Shown here: in pieces, positions 12,260 through 28,993 of the stretch
How positions within the stretch are numbered: position 1 is the first letter of the stretch
Layout: the number at the start of each line of letters is the position of its first letter
DNA from: the human T2T-CHM13v2.0 reference genome, Homo sapiens
NCBI RefSeq assembly: GCF_009914755.1
Contig: NC_060930.1
DNA length: 64,000 bases
Direction: 5' to 3' (one strand)
Notes under the pieces: model-generated
What the model was told of the DNA's origin: nothing
The model's database searches: none
Seen by the model: only the letters and a program-made list of their open reading frames with translations
Made by a program: the position numbers and the translations under genes

Positions 12260-15200
12260 ACATTTTCTTTGTCCACTCGCTGATTGATGGGAATTTGGCT
12301 GGTTCCATAGTTTTACAATTGCAAATTCACAATTTTTGCAATTCGCAAAAAAGTCCTTAGCCCACTTTTTGAAAGGATTGTTTGTTTTTTCCTTACTGAT
12401 TTTCTTGTAGATTCTGGATATTAGTCCTTTGTCAAAGATATAGATTGTGAAGATTTTCTCCTACTCTGTGGATTGTCTGTTAACTCTGTTGATTATTTCT
12501 TTTGCTGTGTAAAAGCATTTTACTTTAATTAAGTCCCACCTATTTATCTTTGTTTTTGTTGCATTTGCTTTTGGGTTCTCAGTCATGAAGTCTTTGCCTA
12601 AGCCAACATCTACAAGAGTTTTTCCAATGTTACCTTCTAGAATTTTTATAGTTTCAAATCTTAGATTTAAGTCCTAGATTTATCTTGAGTTCATTTCCCG
12701 TGTAAAATGAGAGATGAGGATCCAGTTTCGTTATTCGACATGTGGTTTGTCAATTATCCCAGCACCATTTGTTGAATAGGGTGTCCTTTCCCAACTTTAT
12801 GCTTTTGTTTGCTTTGTCGACAATCAGTTGGCTGTAAGTATTTGGCTTTATTTCGGGGCTCTTCATTTTGTTCCATTAATCTATGTGCCTATCTTCATAT
12901 AAGTACCATGCTGTTTTGGTGACTATGGCCTTAAAGTGTAAAGTCAGGTAATGTAATGCCTTCAGATTTGTTCTTTTTTCTTAGCCTTACTTTGGCTATG
13001 CAGGCTCTTTTTTGGTTCCATATGAATTTTAGGATTGTTTTTTCTAGTTCTACAAAGAATTATATTGGTATTTTGATGGGAATTGCATTGAATTTGTAGA
13101 TTGCTTTTGGCAGTATGGTTATTATGGTCGTTTTCACAATATTGATTCTGCCCATCCATGAGCATGGGATGTGCTTTCATTTGTTTTTGTCATCTACGAG
13201 TTCTTCAGCAGTGTTTCGTTGTTTTCCCTGTACGGGTCTTTCACCTCCTTGTTTAGGATTATTCCTAAGTATTTTACTTTTGTGCAGCTATTATAAAAGG
13301 GATTTAGCTCTTGATTTGATTCTCAGCTTGGTTGTTGTTGGTATATAGCAGAGCTACTGACTTATGTACATTAATTTTGTATCCTGAAACTTTGCTGAAT
13401 TCAGTTGTCAATTTCAGGAATTTTTCGAGTAATATTTCGGCTTTTCTAGGTATACAATCATATAATCAGCAAACAGTGACTGTTTGACTTCCTTTTTACT
13501 GATTTGGATGCCCTTTATTTCCTTCTCTTGTCTGATTGCTCTGGCTAGGACTTCCAGTACTATGTTAAAGAGGAGTGGTGAGAGTGGGCATCTTTGTCTT
13601 GTTCCAGTTTTCATGGGGAATTCTTTCAACTTTTTCCCATTCAGTATAATGTTGGCTGTGGGTTTGACATAGATGGCTTTTATTACATTAAGGTATGACC
13701 CTTCTATGCCAATTTTGCTGAGGGTTTTAATCATAAAGTGATGCTGAATTTTGTCAAATGCCTTTTCTGTGTCTGTTGAGATGATCATGTGATTTTTGTT
13801 TTTACTTCTCTTTATGTGGTGTATCACATTTATTGACTTGCAGATGTTGAAACATCCTTGCATCCCTGGTATGAAACCCACTTGATCATGGTGGATTATG
13901 TTTTTGATATGCTGTTGGATTTGCTTAGCTAGTATTTTATTAAGGATTTTTGCATCTATATTCATCAGGGATATTGGTCTATAGTTTTCTTTTTTTGTTA
14001 TGTCATTTCCTGGTTTGGATATTAGGGTGATCTGGCTTCACAGAATTATTTAGGGAGGATTGCCTCTTTCTCTGTCTTGTAGAATAGTATCAGTAGGATT
14101 GGTATCAGTTCTTCTTTGAATATCAGATAAAATTCAGCTGTGAATCTGTCTGGTCCTGAACTTTTTTTTGTCGGCAATTTTTTTATTACTATTTCAATCT
14201 TGCTGCTTGTTATTGATGTGTTCAGAGTTTCTATTTCTTCCTGGTTTAATCTTGGAGGGTTGTATCTTTCCAGGAGTTTATCCATCTCCTTTAGGTTTTC
14301 TAATTTATGTGTGTAAAGGTGTTCATAGTAACCTTGAATTATGTTTTTGTATTTCTGTGGTATCTGTTATAATATCTCCTATTTCATTTCTAATTGAGCT
14401 TATTTGGATTTTTTGTTTTTGCTTAATCTCACTAATGGTCTATCAATTTTATTTTTCTTTTCAAAAACCCAGGCTTTTGTTTCATTTATCTTTTGTATTT
14501 CTTGTTTCAATTCATTTAGTTCTGCTCTGATCTTGGTTATTTCTTTTCTTTTGATGGGTTTCGGTTTGATTTGTTGTTATTTCTCTAGCTCCATGATGTG
14601 TGATTCTGGATTGTCTATTTGGGCTCTTTCCGACTTTATGAAATAGGCATTTAATGCTATGACCTTTCTTCTTAGCACCACCTTTGCTGTATCTCAGAGG
14701 TTTTGATAGGTTGTATTACTATGATTGTTCAATTGAAAGAAATTTTAATTTCATCTTGATTTCATTGTTGACCCAAGGATCATTCAGGGGCAACATATTT
14801 AATTTCCATGTATTTTCATTATTTTGAGGGTTCCTTTTAGAGTTCATCTCCCATTTTATTCCACTGTGGTCTGAGAGAGTAGCTGATATAATTTATATTT
14901 TCTTAAATTTGTTGAGACTTGTTTTGTGGCCTATCATATGGTCTACCTCAGAGAGTTTTCCATGTGCTGATGAATAGAATGTATATTCTACAATTATTGG
15001 ATAGAATATTCTGTAAATATTTGTTAAGTCCATTTGTCCTAGGGTACAGTTTAAATCTATTGTTTCTTTGTTGACTTTCTGTCTTGATGACCTGTCTAGC
15101 GCTGTGGGCGGGGTATTGAAGTCCCCCCACTATTATTGTGTTGCTGTCTATCTCATGTCTTAGGTGTAGTAGTAATTGTTTTATAAATTTGGAAGCTCCA

Positions 15201-16393
15201 GTGTTAGGTGCGTATATATGTCACATTTTTCTGTTGGTCTAGTCCTTTTATCATTATATAATGTCCCTCTTTGTCCTTTTTAACTGCTATTGCTTTAAAG
15301 TTTGTTTTGCCTTATGTAAGAATAGGTACTCCTGCTCTCTCTTTGTGTTCATTTATATGGAATATCTTTTTCTACCCCTTTACCTTAAGTTTATGTGAGT
15401 CCTTATGTGTCAGGCAAGTATCTTGAAGACAGTGGACACTTGGTTGGTGAATTCTTATCCATTCGGCCATTCTGTATCTTCTAAATGCAGCATTTAGGCC
15501 ATTTATATTGAGATGTGAGGTATTATTCTATTCATTGTGCTCTTTGTTGTCTGAATACCAGTTTTGTTTTGTTTTTTTTAATTTACTTACTGTGTTATTG
15601 TTCTATAGGTCCTGTGAGATTTATGCTTTAAGGAGGTCCTATTTTGGTGTATTTTGAAGGTTTATTTCAAGATTTAGAGCTCCTTTTAGCAGTCCTTGTA
15701 GCGCTGGCTTGGTAGTGGCAAATTCTCTCAGTATTTGTTTGTTTCAAAAAGACTGTATCTTTCCTTCATTTATGAAGCTTAGCTTCATTGGATACAAAAT
15801 TCTTAGCTGAAAATTGTTTTGTTTAAGAAGACTGAAGATAGGACCCCCAATCTCTTCTAGCTTGTAGGGTTTCTGCTGAGAAATCTGCTGTTATTCTGGT
15901 AGGTTTTCCTTTATAGGTTACCTGGTGCTTTTGCCTTACAGCTATCAAGATTTTTTCCCTTCATCTTGACTTTAGATAACTTCATCTTTTTGTGATGAAT
16001 TTCCCATGTGTTCTTTGAGCTTCTTGTATTTGGATGTCTAGATCTCAAGCAAGGCTGGGAAAGCTTTCCTCAATTATTCCCTCAAATGTTTTCCAAACTT
16101 TTAGATTTCTCTGCTTCCTCAGGAACATCAATTGTTCTTAGATTTAGCCATTAAACATAATCTCAAACTTCTTGGAGGTCATTCATTTACTTATTTTTTT
16201 TTCTCTTTCTTTGTTAGATCAGCTTAATTCAAAAACCTTGTTCTCGAGTTCTGCAGTTCTTTATTCTGCTCATCAATTCTATTGCTGAGACTTTCCAGTG
16301 CATTTTACATTTCTCCAAATGTGTCTTTCATTTCCAGAAGTTGTGATTGTTTTTTATTTATACTATCTATTTTACTGAAGATTTTCCCCTTCA

Positions 16394-16397
<4 letters not shown>

Positions 16398-16438
<41 letters not shown>

Positions 16439-16473
16439 TATGTGTGTGTGTGTGTGTGTATGTGTGTGTGTAT
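16398..16473. repeat. (TA)n(TG)n microsatellite inside L1PB1 ORF1
   Basis: Directly visible. Confidence 0.95.
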
Positions 16474-18295
16474 AATTTTATTAAGTTGAATTTCACTCTT
16501 CTCTGGTTCCTCCTTGAATAGCTTAATAATTGAACTGAATTATTTTTCTGGCAATGCAGGGATTTCTTCTTGGTTTGGATCCATTGCTGGTGAGTTAGTG
16601 TGCTCTTTTGGGGGTGTTAAAGAACCTTGTTTTGTTATATTACCAGAATATTTTTTCTGCTTTCTTCTCATTTGGGTAGACTATGTCAGAGGGAAATCTG
16701 GGGCCCAAGGACTGCTCTTCAGATTGTTTTGTCCCATGCATGCTCCCTTGATGTAGTGCTCTCCCCCTTCCTCCATTCCTCTCCCCATTCCTCTCAGGAA
16801 TGTTGCTTCCTGAGAGCCCAATGTAGTGATTGTTATTTCTCTCTGGATCTAGCCACTCAGTGTAGCTACCAGGCTCTGGGCTGGTACTGGGGGGCACCTG
16901 CACAGACTCATACAATGTGAACCACCTTCAGGTCTCTCAGCTGTGGATAGCAGCACCTCGTCTGGTGGAAGTGGCAGGCACATCAAATGGACTCTGTGAG
17001 GGTACTTAGTTGTAGTTTTGTTTATTGCACTAGTTTTATGTTTTTTGGACACCACCCAGGAGGTGGCACTTTCAAGAAGGCATCAGCTGAGATGCTATAG
17101 GGAGGATCATGTGGTGTGTGGGGTCCTAGAGCTCCCAGGAGGTTATATCTTTTGTCTTTGTCTACCAGGGTAGGTAGAAAAAGACCATAAGGTAGCGGCA
17201 GGGTTAGGCGTGTCTAAGCTCAGAATCTCCTTGGGTGGTTCCTTCTGCAGCTGCTTTGGGGGATGTGGGTGTGGTTCTCAGGCCAATGGAGTTATGTTCC
17301 CAGGGGATTATGGCTGCCTCTGCTGTGTCATACCGTTCACCAGGGAAGTGGGGGGAAAGCCAGAAGTTATAGGACTCACCCAGCTCTCACACAGCCCAAA
17401 TGGCTGGTCTAACTCTCACCGTGTGCCCCCACAACAGCACCAAGTCTATTTCCAAGCAGCCAGGGAAATTTCCTTCTCCTTATGGTCTTTTCTCAATTTC
17501 TCCCGCAGCCCTTTCCAAGGACGTCTGTGAGACAAAGTCAGAAATAGCTTCCCTGGGGACCAAGAGAGCCCACAGGGCTCTTCCAACTGCTACTTCTACC
17601 CCTGTATTTCACTTGACTCTCTAAATTTGTCTCAGCTTCAGGTAAGGTCAAATCCTTCTCTCGTGATCTGAACCTTCAAGTTCCCCAGTGAGGGTGTGTG
17701 TTCAGGGGCAGATGATCCCCCTTTCACATTTTCACACTTTGGGCACTCAGGGTTTTTCAGTTGTCTCCCAGGGCCTGCAGGAGAAATCCACTTCCTTCAA
17801 AGGGTCTGTGGATTATCTCGGCTTTCCTGGTATGTTCCTGCAGTAGTTCTTGGAGCGAAAGTTCTTGATGGGAGTCACCACATACTGCTCTGTTCATTGG
17901 AGTGGGAACTGCAAGCTGGTCCTGCCTCCTATCCGCCATTTTCCTCACTCTTCCCAACATTTAAACTATGTTATTTTGAACGTTGAATATGGAACAGTAA
18001 GTGACTTAATTAGCATGATATAATGAAGGCTAGATATTGCTAAATCACGCGTATTTTAAGGGGAAATGTCCTATGGTAAGAAATTGACCTCTAAATTTCT
18101 TAAGATTTTTAAGATTTCATTATTTGATTAAATATCATAAAAATGACAGTAAATTCTTCAATGTTTTAAATCATTTTTACTTCATAAGACAAAACAGAAG
18201 ATCTGGGTAAAGTGGTACCTACAGTTCCGCCTAGCGAAAAAATGACTTAGATATAGTTTTATGTACCTAATTTATTAAAACAACTATTTTCTTAC

Positions 18296-18544
18296 CAGAC
18301 TCAAATTGGAAAATAAAAAAGATTTTGTAAATACTACCAATTCTTACACAGATATTTGAGTAGGGTTATATTATCCACTCAATTTGGTAAGAGAGATGCT
18401 ACTCAGTTATTTGGGGTACTTACGGAGTATGATTTAATAATTCTGCTAATTCTTAAATTAAAAGTTTTTTTTTTATCTTTCCCTGGAATCCAGACTAACA
18501 AAAGCAGAATTTTCCTCACCTTTTCAATAAAAGAATAATTTTCC
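18296..18544 (-). pseudogene. Fossil exon, PLAT C-terminal two-thirds
   Basis: Strong acceptor tttcttgtatttctcacag| and donor CTG|gtaaga. ENYSFIEKVRK..PGKDKKKTFNLRISRIIKSY..VDNITLLKYLCKNW* in one frame. Confidence 0.7.
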
Positions 18545-18689
18545 CTGTGAGAAATACAAGAAATGAGTACAAATCATTTCCTTTTTGAAGTTACAAAAAT
18601 AAGTCAAATAAGTTATGTTCTCTATAATTATACTATTGGGCTAAAATTTATATTAGTATGATATGACTAGAAAAAGTAGGCCATCGTAG

Positions 18690-18862
18690 CTACATGTACA
18701 GAACTTGAACCCAGTGTTAATTAAATTCTGGTTCCATAAGCTATTATTTTTGTGTGGCGTAGGCAATAGAACCACTCCAGCTGCATGTAACTAATAGTTT
18801 AATTCTTAATGGATTATAGTTGGATTGAATAAGATATTTCATGTAAAAGTGCTTAGAATAGT
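18690..18862 (+). mobile_element. MIR remnant
   Basis: aaattctggttcc..ggattgaataagatatttcatgtaaaagtgcttagaatagt. Confidence 0.6.
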
Positions 18863-20235
18863 TTAGATGGCATTATTTTTAAGGATGTGAAGTATTGTAT
18901 AATTCTTAACTTTGCAGAAATATGAAAATAAATTTAGTTAGAAAGTATCTTTAAAAAGCCTTTATAAAAGACCATAAGTGGATGTGATTTTTAGGTAATA
19001 TATTTTGACTGCAAGTAATATTTTTTCAATAGATTACCACCCCTAATGTGTGAATATGTTGTCTAGGTTTAATAATATTATTATATTTAAAAATGCAATT
19101 TGATACTTGTATAAAGGACACAGTCTCATATCTATAACCTTATTTCAATGTCTTCTTTACAACATTGTATTGACATTTGAACAGAGCTGTCAATTTTTTA
19201 AACATGTGTCATATGTCATTATTATATGTACACATACATGCGTTATATATATGTGTTTAAATATATATATATTTATATTTATATATGTGTGTGTTTTTAA
19301 ATACCTTTCATAATTAAACTAAGATTTTCTGAATTCAAGTGAAGTCATTTAGTAAATAATTAAATCAAAATTTCCTGAGTGCTATCATAGTAGCATTATT
19401 CTAGGTTCTGGTTTTAAAGACAAAGCCCTCGACTTCATGAAGAATCTCCTAACCTGTTTAAATAAATAAATAGCATTTTCTCATTTATTTTGGAGGCAAA
19501 CATGTTCATAATTAAAGCAAAAGAGTTTTTGATAGAAACCAAATCTGAAAAGCAGAAACATGTGCCTTGAGTATCTTAAGAAATTAGTTTCATTTTATGG
19601 CTACATATCCAAGAAAGAAGTTTCCCAGAGGAAGCAAGACAGAAGTATTACAATTTTGGTTTTCACTTTTATGTAAATTTAGGATGAATAATATATTAGT
19701 GAGGTAGGCTAGCTCTATAACAGCTCGAATTTAGGTTGCAGGAAGTGATGAGGATAGAGGCTCTGTTCCATGAAATCATCTAGCAACACAAGTTTCTGTC
19801 ATGACTTGTACTGTCTTCCTTTGGGTCTTTATAGTCTTCTCCATTCAGCCTGCCAGTAAAAGACAACAAAGATTGCCCAGGATTTCCTAAGTTAGCAGGT
19901 GGAAACTTCAAGTAATTTACAAAAAAAAAAAAAAAAAAGAATGTAAATGTGATATACTATAATTATCACTAGAATTCATGAAGAAGATCATACCAGTTAT
20001 AGATATTTGACATTCCTTTTTGACAGTCTTGATATGGAGGTAAAACTAAATAATGTACAACTTTGTACAAATCATAGTATATTATATTTTATTTTTCTTA
20101 TATGATTATTACCATTAATATTTATCAATATGTGCTTACCATTTATGCATCCCATGTTATGTTATACAAAAATATTTTCATATTATGTGTGAGATAGATA
20201 CAGATATAAATATGGATGATATAGAAATAACTAAC

Positions 20236-20339
20236 CTGTATATCATTCGTACAGAAGAATGTGCCGGCTGGGGGTCTGCTGCAGTTTAATATGAATCATT
20301 TTACTTCATTTATACTTTTCATACTGGTATACTGCTGTA
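20236..20339 (-). pseudogene. Fossil exon, PLAT start
   Basis: Acceptor ctctatttcaaag|, donor CAG|gttagt. VK*FILNCSRPPAGT / SSVRMIY ends in phase 2, which joins the 18544 exon as VRMIY-R-ENYS (cf. VFITIYGENGDS). Confidence 0.6.
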
Positions 20340-20534
20340 CTTTGAAATAGAGTTAACTGAATATTAGCTATTGTTTCAATAAAGAAGCATTGCTACAAAC
20401 TTGTTTCTTCCATATTCCAATTTACTACTATCTTAACTAAATCATAATAAAAATAAACATGAGTTTCATGTACACATTTTGATCTTATCTCTCCAAATGT
20501 TAAAAAACTGGATGTATTAGTTGAAATACCTTAC

Positions 20535-20715
20535 CAGCTGCATATAATTCACTAAAACTGTGTTTTCTACAGCACGCTTTTTCTGGACTGTAGTACAAAT
20601 GTCCCTTCAGGAAAGAAAACCCAGCGCAAGGGGATCCTGTATCAGGATTCTGGAAGGGTTTTTCAATTTCAGTTATCAACCGTAGATGTTTCTCTGCGAA
20701 CTTTTGCTGTTGGAA
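20535..20715 (-). pseudogene. Fossil exon, probable PLAT C-terminal part
   Basis: Acceptor tcttttacttgtcataactctcag|, donor CTG|gtaagg. 60 open codons ending SELYAA in phase 1 (ORF 20500..20778). Motif match is weaker than in its neighbours. Confidence 0.55.
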
Positions 20716-21289
20716 CTGAGAGTTATGACAAGTAAAAGATAACAGAATGGAGATAAATGGCTTTAGTATTATGACCAAAAAGCAATATCACATTGCACTA
20801 ACAGGTTAAAAAGCCCAAAAGATTAGTACAGCAGGTTAAAGGCATAACCCTGGGACTGAGTCTGGTTTGAATTTAGAATACGGAACAAACATAAATAGAG
20901 TAATTTGAAGTCATTTTGGATTTATTTTCCCTTTGTTTTCCTCAACTGAATAGCAGTATTTATCAAATATTTTCTAAGAATTCACCCACAAGCTTAAATT
21001 GGGCTTACAAAGATAAATGTTCGAAACAGAAAAAAGTGTAACACTAGCCAATACATGATAAGTTACAAAATGACCACCATTACAATCAATGAGGCTCTGA
21101 GTGAGTGAAGTTTTTATGGAGAAAGTGAGACTTTTCTATCTGAATGAAATATTTAGTTTTTAGAACAAAATTTATATTATTTTTCATTTATTCTCGTTCT
21201 CTTTTGAGAATTAAAACTATCTATCAGCAACAGATAAAACTTTTAGCTATAAAACCAGGTTTTGTTGCAACAAAGAAAGTAGACATTTC

Positions 21290-22170
<881 letters not shown>

Positions 22171-22269
22171 CTATTAAAATAATCAGCCATCACTTAGATA
22201 CTAGAATAGAACTCTTGACAAACAGAGCACATCTTTTAAAGCTATGTCTACTTTTAAAATACTTTCTCA

Positions 22270-22564
22270 TTCTTCACTGTGAGAAGTATAATGATGTAAA
22301 TGACTAGGTAGATAAGTCACAGTTTTTTGTATGGTATTTGTCAGTGGCCCCTTTAACGATCATTGTGGATTCATCCAGCCACATGGCTACAGACAATCAT
22401 ACTAACTTCAAATGTTTTATGCTATATTGGTCCAACTCCAGATGAAACTGTAAAATAGTTTACTTTTCACCACTATGCATCCTGCTTTTAGGCCATTCCT
22501 CTCCCCTCCATCATTCCTGAAGCTATCTATTTTCCTTTCTTTTACTCGTAATTTTGAGCAACTA
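22270..22564 (-). pseudogene. Fossil exon, PLAT domain
   Basis: Strong acceptor tttcttgctttactttgcag|. QNYE*..KVNYFTVSSGVGPI / MWLDESTMIVKG / PLTN (cf. DxFTIEAVDLGPL..WFLDxVVVKDPLT). Confidence 0.6.
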
Positions 22565-22831
22565 CTGCAAAGTAAAGCAAGAAACTAATTCCTGCCCAAG
22601 TGATACTTGTAAGACTTATGATTCTGATCCCTTTAAGTGTTTATTTATTTTCTACTTTATAGAACGTAAGTAAAATATTCTTTAAGAAGTAAGTCTGTTT
22701 CTTTCAAATTAATCTAGAAAAGCAACATTTCCAATGTCAAGTTCTAGGTGTAAGAAAATAATCTAGGGCACAATAATATTTTCATTGTTTAGAAAATCAA
22801 GGGACATATTTCAACTATTCGCAAGTCAAGC

Positions 22832-23935
22832 TGAGAGGTGACAGCATGCTGGCAGCTCTCGCAGCCCTCGCTTGCTCTTGGTGCCTCCTCAGCCTTGGCG
22901 CCCACTCTGGCCGCGCTTGAGGAGCCCTTCAGCCCACCACTGCACTGTGGGAGCCCCTTTCTGGGCTGGCCAAGGCCGGAGCCGGCTCCTTCAACTTGCA
23001 GGGAGGTGTAGAGGGAGAGGCGCGGGCAGGAACCGGGGCTGCCTGCAGCACTTGGGGGCCAGCCTGAGTTCTGGGTGGGCGTGGGCTCAGCAGGCCTGCA
23101 CTTGGAGCAGCCGGCCGGCCCGCAAGCCCCTGGCAGTGAGGAGCTTAGCACCTGGGCCAGCAGCTGCTGTTCTTGATTTCTCGCTGGGCCTTAGCTGCCT
23201 CCCCGCAGGGCAGGGCTCCGGACCTGCAGCCCGCCATGCCTGAGCCTCCCCCAACCCCACCATGGGTCCTGCACAGCCCGAGCCTCCCCGAGGAGCGCCG
23301 CTCCCTGCTCCAGGGCGCCCAGTCCCATCGATCACCCAAGGGCTGAGGGGTGCAGGCGCACCGCGCGGGACTGGCAGGCAACTCCACCTGCAGCCCCAGT
23401 GCCAGATCCACTGGGTAAAGCCAGCTGGGCTCCTGAGTCTGGTGGGGACTTGGAGAACCTTTATGTCTAGCTAAGGGATTGTAAATACACCAATCAGCAC
23501 CCTGTCAAAATGGACCAATCAGCTCTCTGTAAAACACAACAATCGGCTCTCTGTAAAATGGATCAATCAGCAGGATGTGGGTGGGGCCAGATAAGAGAAT
23601 AAAAGCAGGCTGCCCAAGCCAGCAGTGGCAACCTGCTCAGGTCCCCTTCCACACTGTGGAAGGTTTGTTCTTTCGCTCTTTGCAATAAATCTTGCTGCTG
23701 CTCACTCTTTGGGTCCACACTGCCTTTATGAGCTGTAACACTCACCCTGAAGGTCTGCAGCTTCACTCCAGAAGCCAGTGAGACCACGAACCCACCAGAA
23801 GGAAGAAACTCCAAACACATCTGAACATCAGAAGGAACAAACTCCGGACATGCCGCCTTTAAGAACTGTGATACGAGGGTCCGTGGCTTCATTCTTGAAG
23901 TCAGTGAGACCAAGAACCCACCAATTCCAGACACA
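22832..23935 (+). mobile_element. Solo LTR12C (ERV9)
   Basis: Starts tgagaggtgacagc, ends ccaattccagacaca. 4-bp TSD aagc at 22828-22831 and 23936-23939. CpG-rich U3. Confidence 0.96.
23480..23630 (+). promoter_or_regulatory. LTR12C promoter core (CCAAT/NF-Y boxes, GT-box, GATA, AATAAA TATA-like box)
   Basis: ccaatcagc x2 and gggtggggccagataagagaataaaagc, the established ERV9 LTR promoter layout. Confidence 0.7.
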
Positions 23936-24952
23936 AAGCCCTATGAAATTTCTCTTTATATCTCAAAATAAGATATTTACAGTTTAAAATAAGTGCTTAA
24001 AATCAGGATATAATATCTGTAAATAATAATCATCAAAGCAAATAGGTATCTTTGCAGAGAAATTGCTTTCCTGGCATGTGCCAGGGATTTATATTCTGTA
24101 GGATAGATTTCACACACTTTGGGTTGAGAAGACATTAGCGAGACTTCCAGACTGAGAAAAGATGATTAGGGGCATGAGCTAGTGCTAGAAGGGATTGATG
24201 CCAGGAAAGTGGAAACTGTTAGTGAAGTCTAGGAAGTCACGTTGTTTTCAGAGCATTCTGGAAGTGGTAGCAGAGTTTCAAAGAATTTAAAAGAAACTTA
24301 AAAGAGAGTCATTAGTGAAAATCAAAGGCTCTACCCCTTTCTCCGAATAGTTTGAATGCCAATCAGGAGCTTAGGTCTGAGGGAACATAAGTGTAACTAA
24401 CTGAAGAAACAGGCTGAGGTTTATTCATGAGAAGTAAGAACTGAATATTAAGAATTTGGACAGAATCAATATGATCATGGTATAGTAAGAGGCACCAGAC
24501 TCACCCTTATGTTTCAAACAACAATATTGTATGCAGTATTGCATACAACAAATTGTATGCAACTGTGGTTTTCAAATATCTAACAATACACAGGAAAAAG
24601 ACTCTTGAGGGAAGGAAAACAAGCAAAGAAAGCTCATGACTGCCCTGACCTAGAATGCAAAGTTAAGGTTCAATATTTGAAAATGAACCAGTGTAATTTG
24701 AAATATTAAGAAAACAAAAAAGGGAAAACATGATTAATAGATACAGAAAAAGCATTTGGTGAAACTCCGCATTTATTCATTATAAGAACAATTTGAAAAC
24801 AAGAAATAAAGGGAACTTTCTCAATGTGATAAAGGCCATCAATTAACAACCTATGACCAATATTGTATTTAATTTTAAAAGGCTGGATTTCTTACTCCTA
24901 AGATCAGAAACAAGAAATAAAATCCATATTCAAAATTACATTCAAAATTTTC

Positions 24953-25269
<317 letters not shown>

Positions 25270-25990
25270 TTATGGACGTCCTAACTTGTGAAACAAGGCA
25301 TGAAGAAATAAAATGCATAATACATACAACACTCTGCCTTTACTTATAAAGAGCAAGTGTCCCTTGGGGAAAAAATAATAAATCTCAAAAATGTTACTAG
25401 AAGTATAATAACATAGGAATTTAGTTAAATATGAGGTCAATGTACAAAAGTAAACTGTCTTTAATTTTGGGAAAAAACATTGGAAGATTTATAATAACTT
25501 ATTTCAAGACTATATAAAGGTACAATACTCAGTGAGTTGTATTTGTATAAAAAGAGACATGTAAAATAATGGAAAGAAATCAAGTTTCCAGAAATACATC
25601 CAGGATATCTGGTCAAATGATTTTCCACAAAGGTGACAATACAAAAATATAAAGAAGTAGAGAAAAAATAAATATACAACTTAAATAAAAAGAACCTCAG
25701 TGTTTAACTCATAATTTTATGCTAATTAACCTATTATCTATCATAGACTTAAATGTAAGCACTAAAGCTGTTGAACCTGTAAAAGAAAATAGAGAACTAA
25801 TCTTAGTAACCTTAGGTGTCTGTGATATAAAAACACAATACATAAAAGGAAAATTGTATAAATTGTATAAATTGCCCTTGATCAAAATTAAGAACGTTTG
25901 CTTTTAAAATCACAGGTTTAATAAAAGTTGACAGAGACACAACAAAAAAGAAAATTTCAGGCCAATATCCCTGACAGAAATAGAGAAAAT

Positions 25991-28662
<2,672 letters not shown>

Positions 28663-28993
28663 GAGAAAATATCATAAACATATATCTGATAGAGGACTTA
28701 CATCCAGAATATACAAAGAAGGCTTGCAACTCAATTATAAGGCAAATAACCTTATTTTACAATTGACAAGAGATTTGAAAAAAAAAAGTTTTCAAAGAGG
28801 CTAAATATCATTTGTCATTAGGAAAATACAAATGAAGACCACAATGAGAAACCACTACCTACCCACTAAAATGGTGTAAAGTTTTATCATACCAAGTATC
28901 AACAGTTATATAAAGAAACTGGAACTCTCATGCAGGGAGTGTAACATGTTACAACCACTTTGAAAAACAGTTTAACAGTTTCTTTAAAAGTTA

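Larger units (their letters stand above)
11713..17946 (-). mobile_element. Near-full-length L1PB1-like LINE (5'UTR, ORF1, ORF2, 3'UTR), degenerate
   Basis: L1PB1 3'UTR (agtggtgatttctgagattttgg). RT remnant ORF 13414..13965 with FADY replacing FADD. L1PB-type 5' end cctgcctcctatccgccatt. Confidence 0.93.

Noticed and set aside
11973-12360. Cluster of YI/HT/VC-rich ORFs
   Set aside because: Translations of a dinucleotide microsatellite.
13414-13965. 183-aa reverse transcriptase ORF as an active retroelement or novel RT system
   Set aside because: It is an ordinary L1PB1 ORF2 fragment with FADY at the catalytic FADD and disrupted flanks; the same applies to the ORFs at 27.3-28.7 kb and 43.6 kb.
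22789-23987. Several GC-rich ORFs and a CpG-island-like stretch
   Set aside because: Essentially all within LTR12C; not a host gene or host CpG island.
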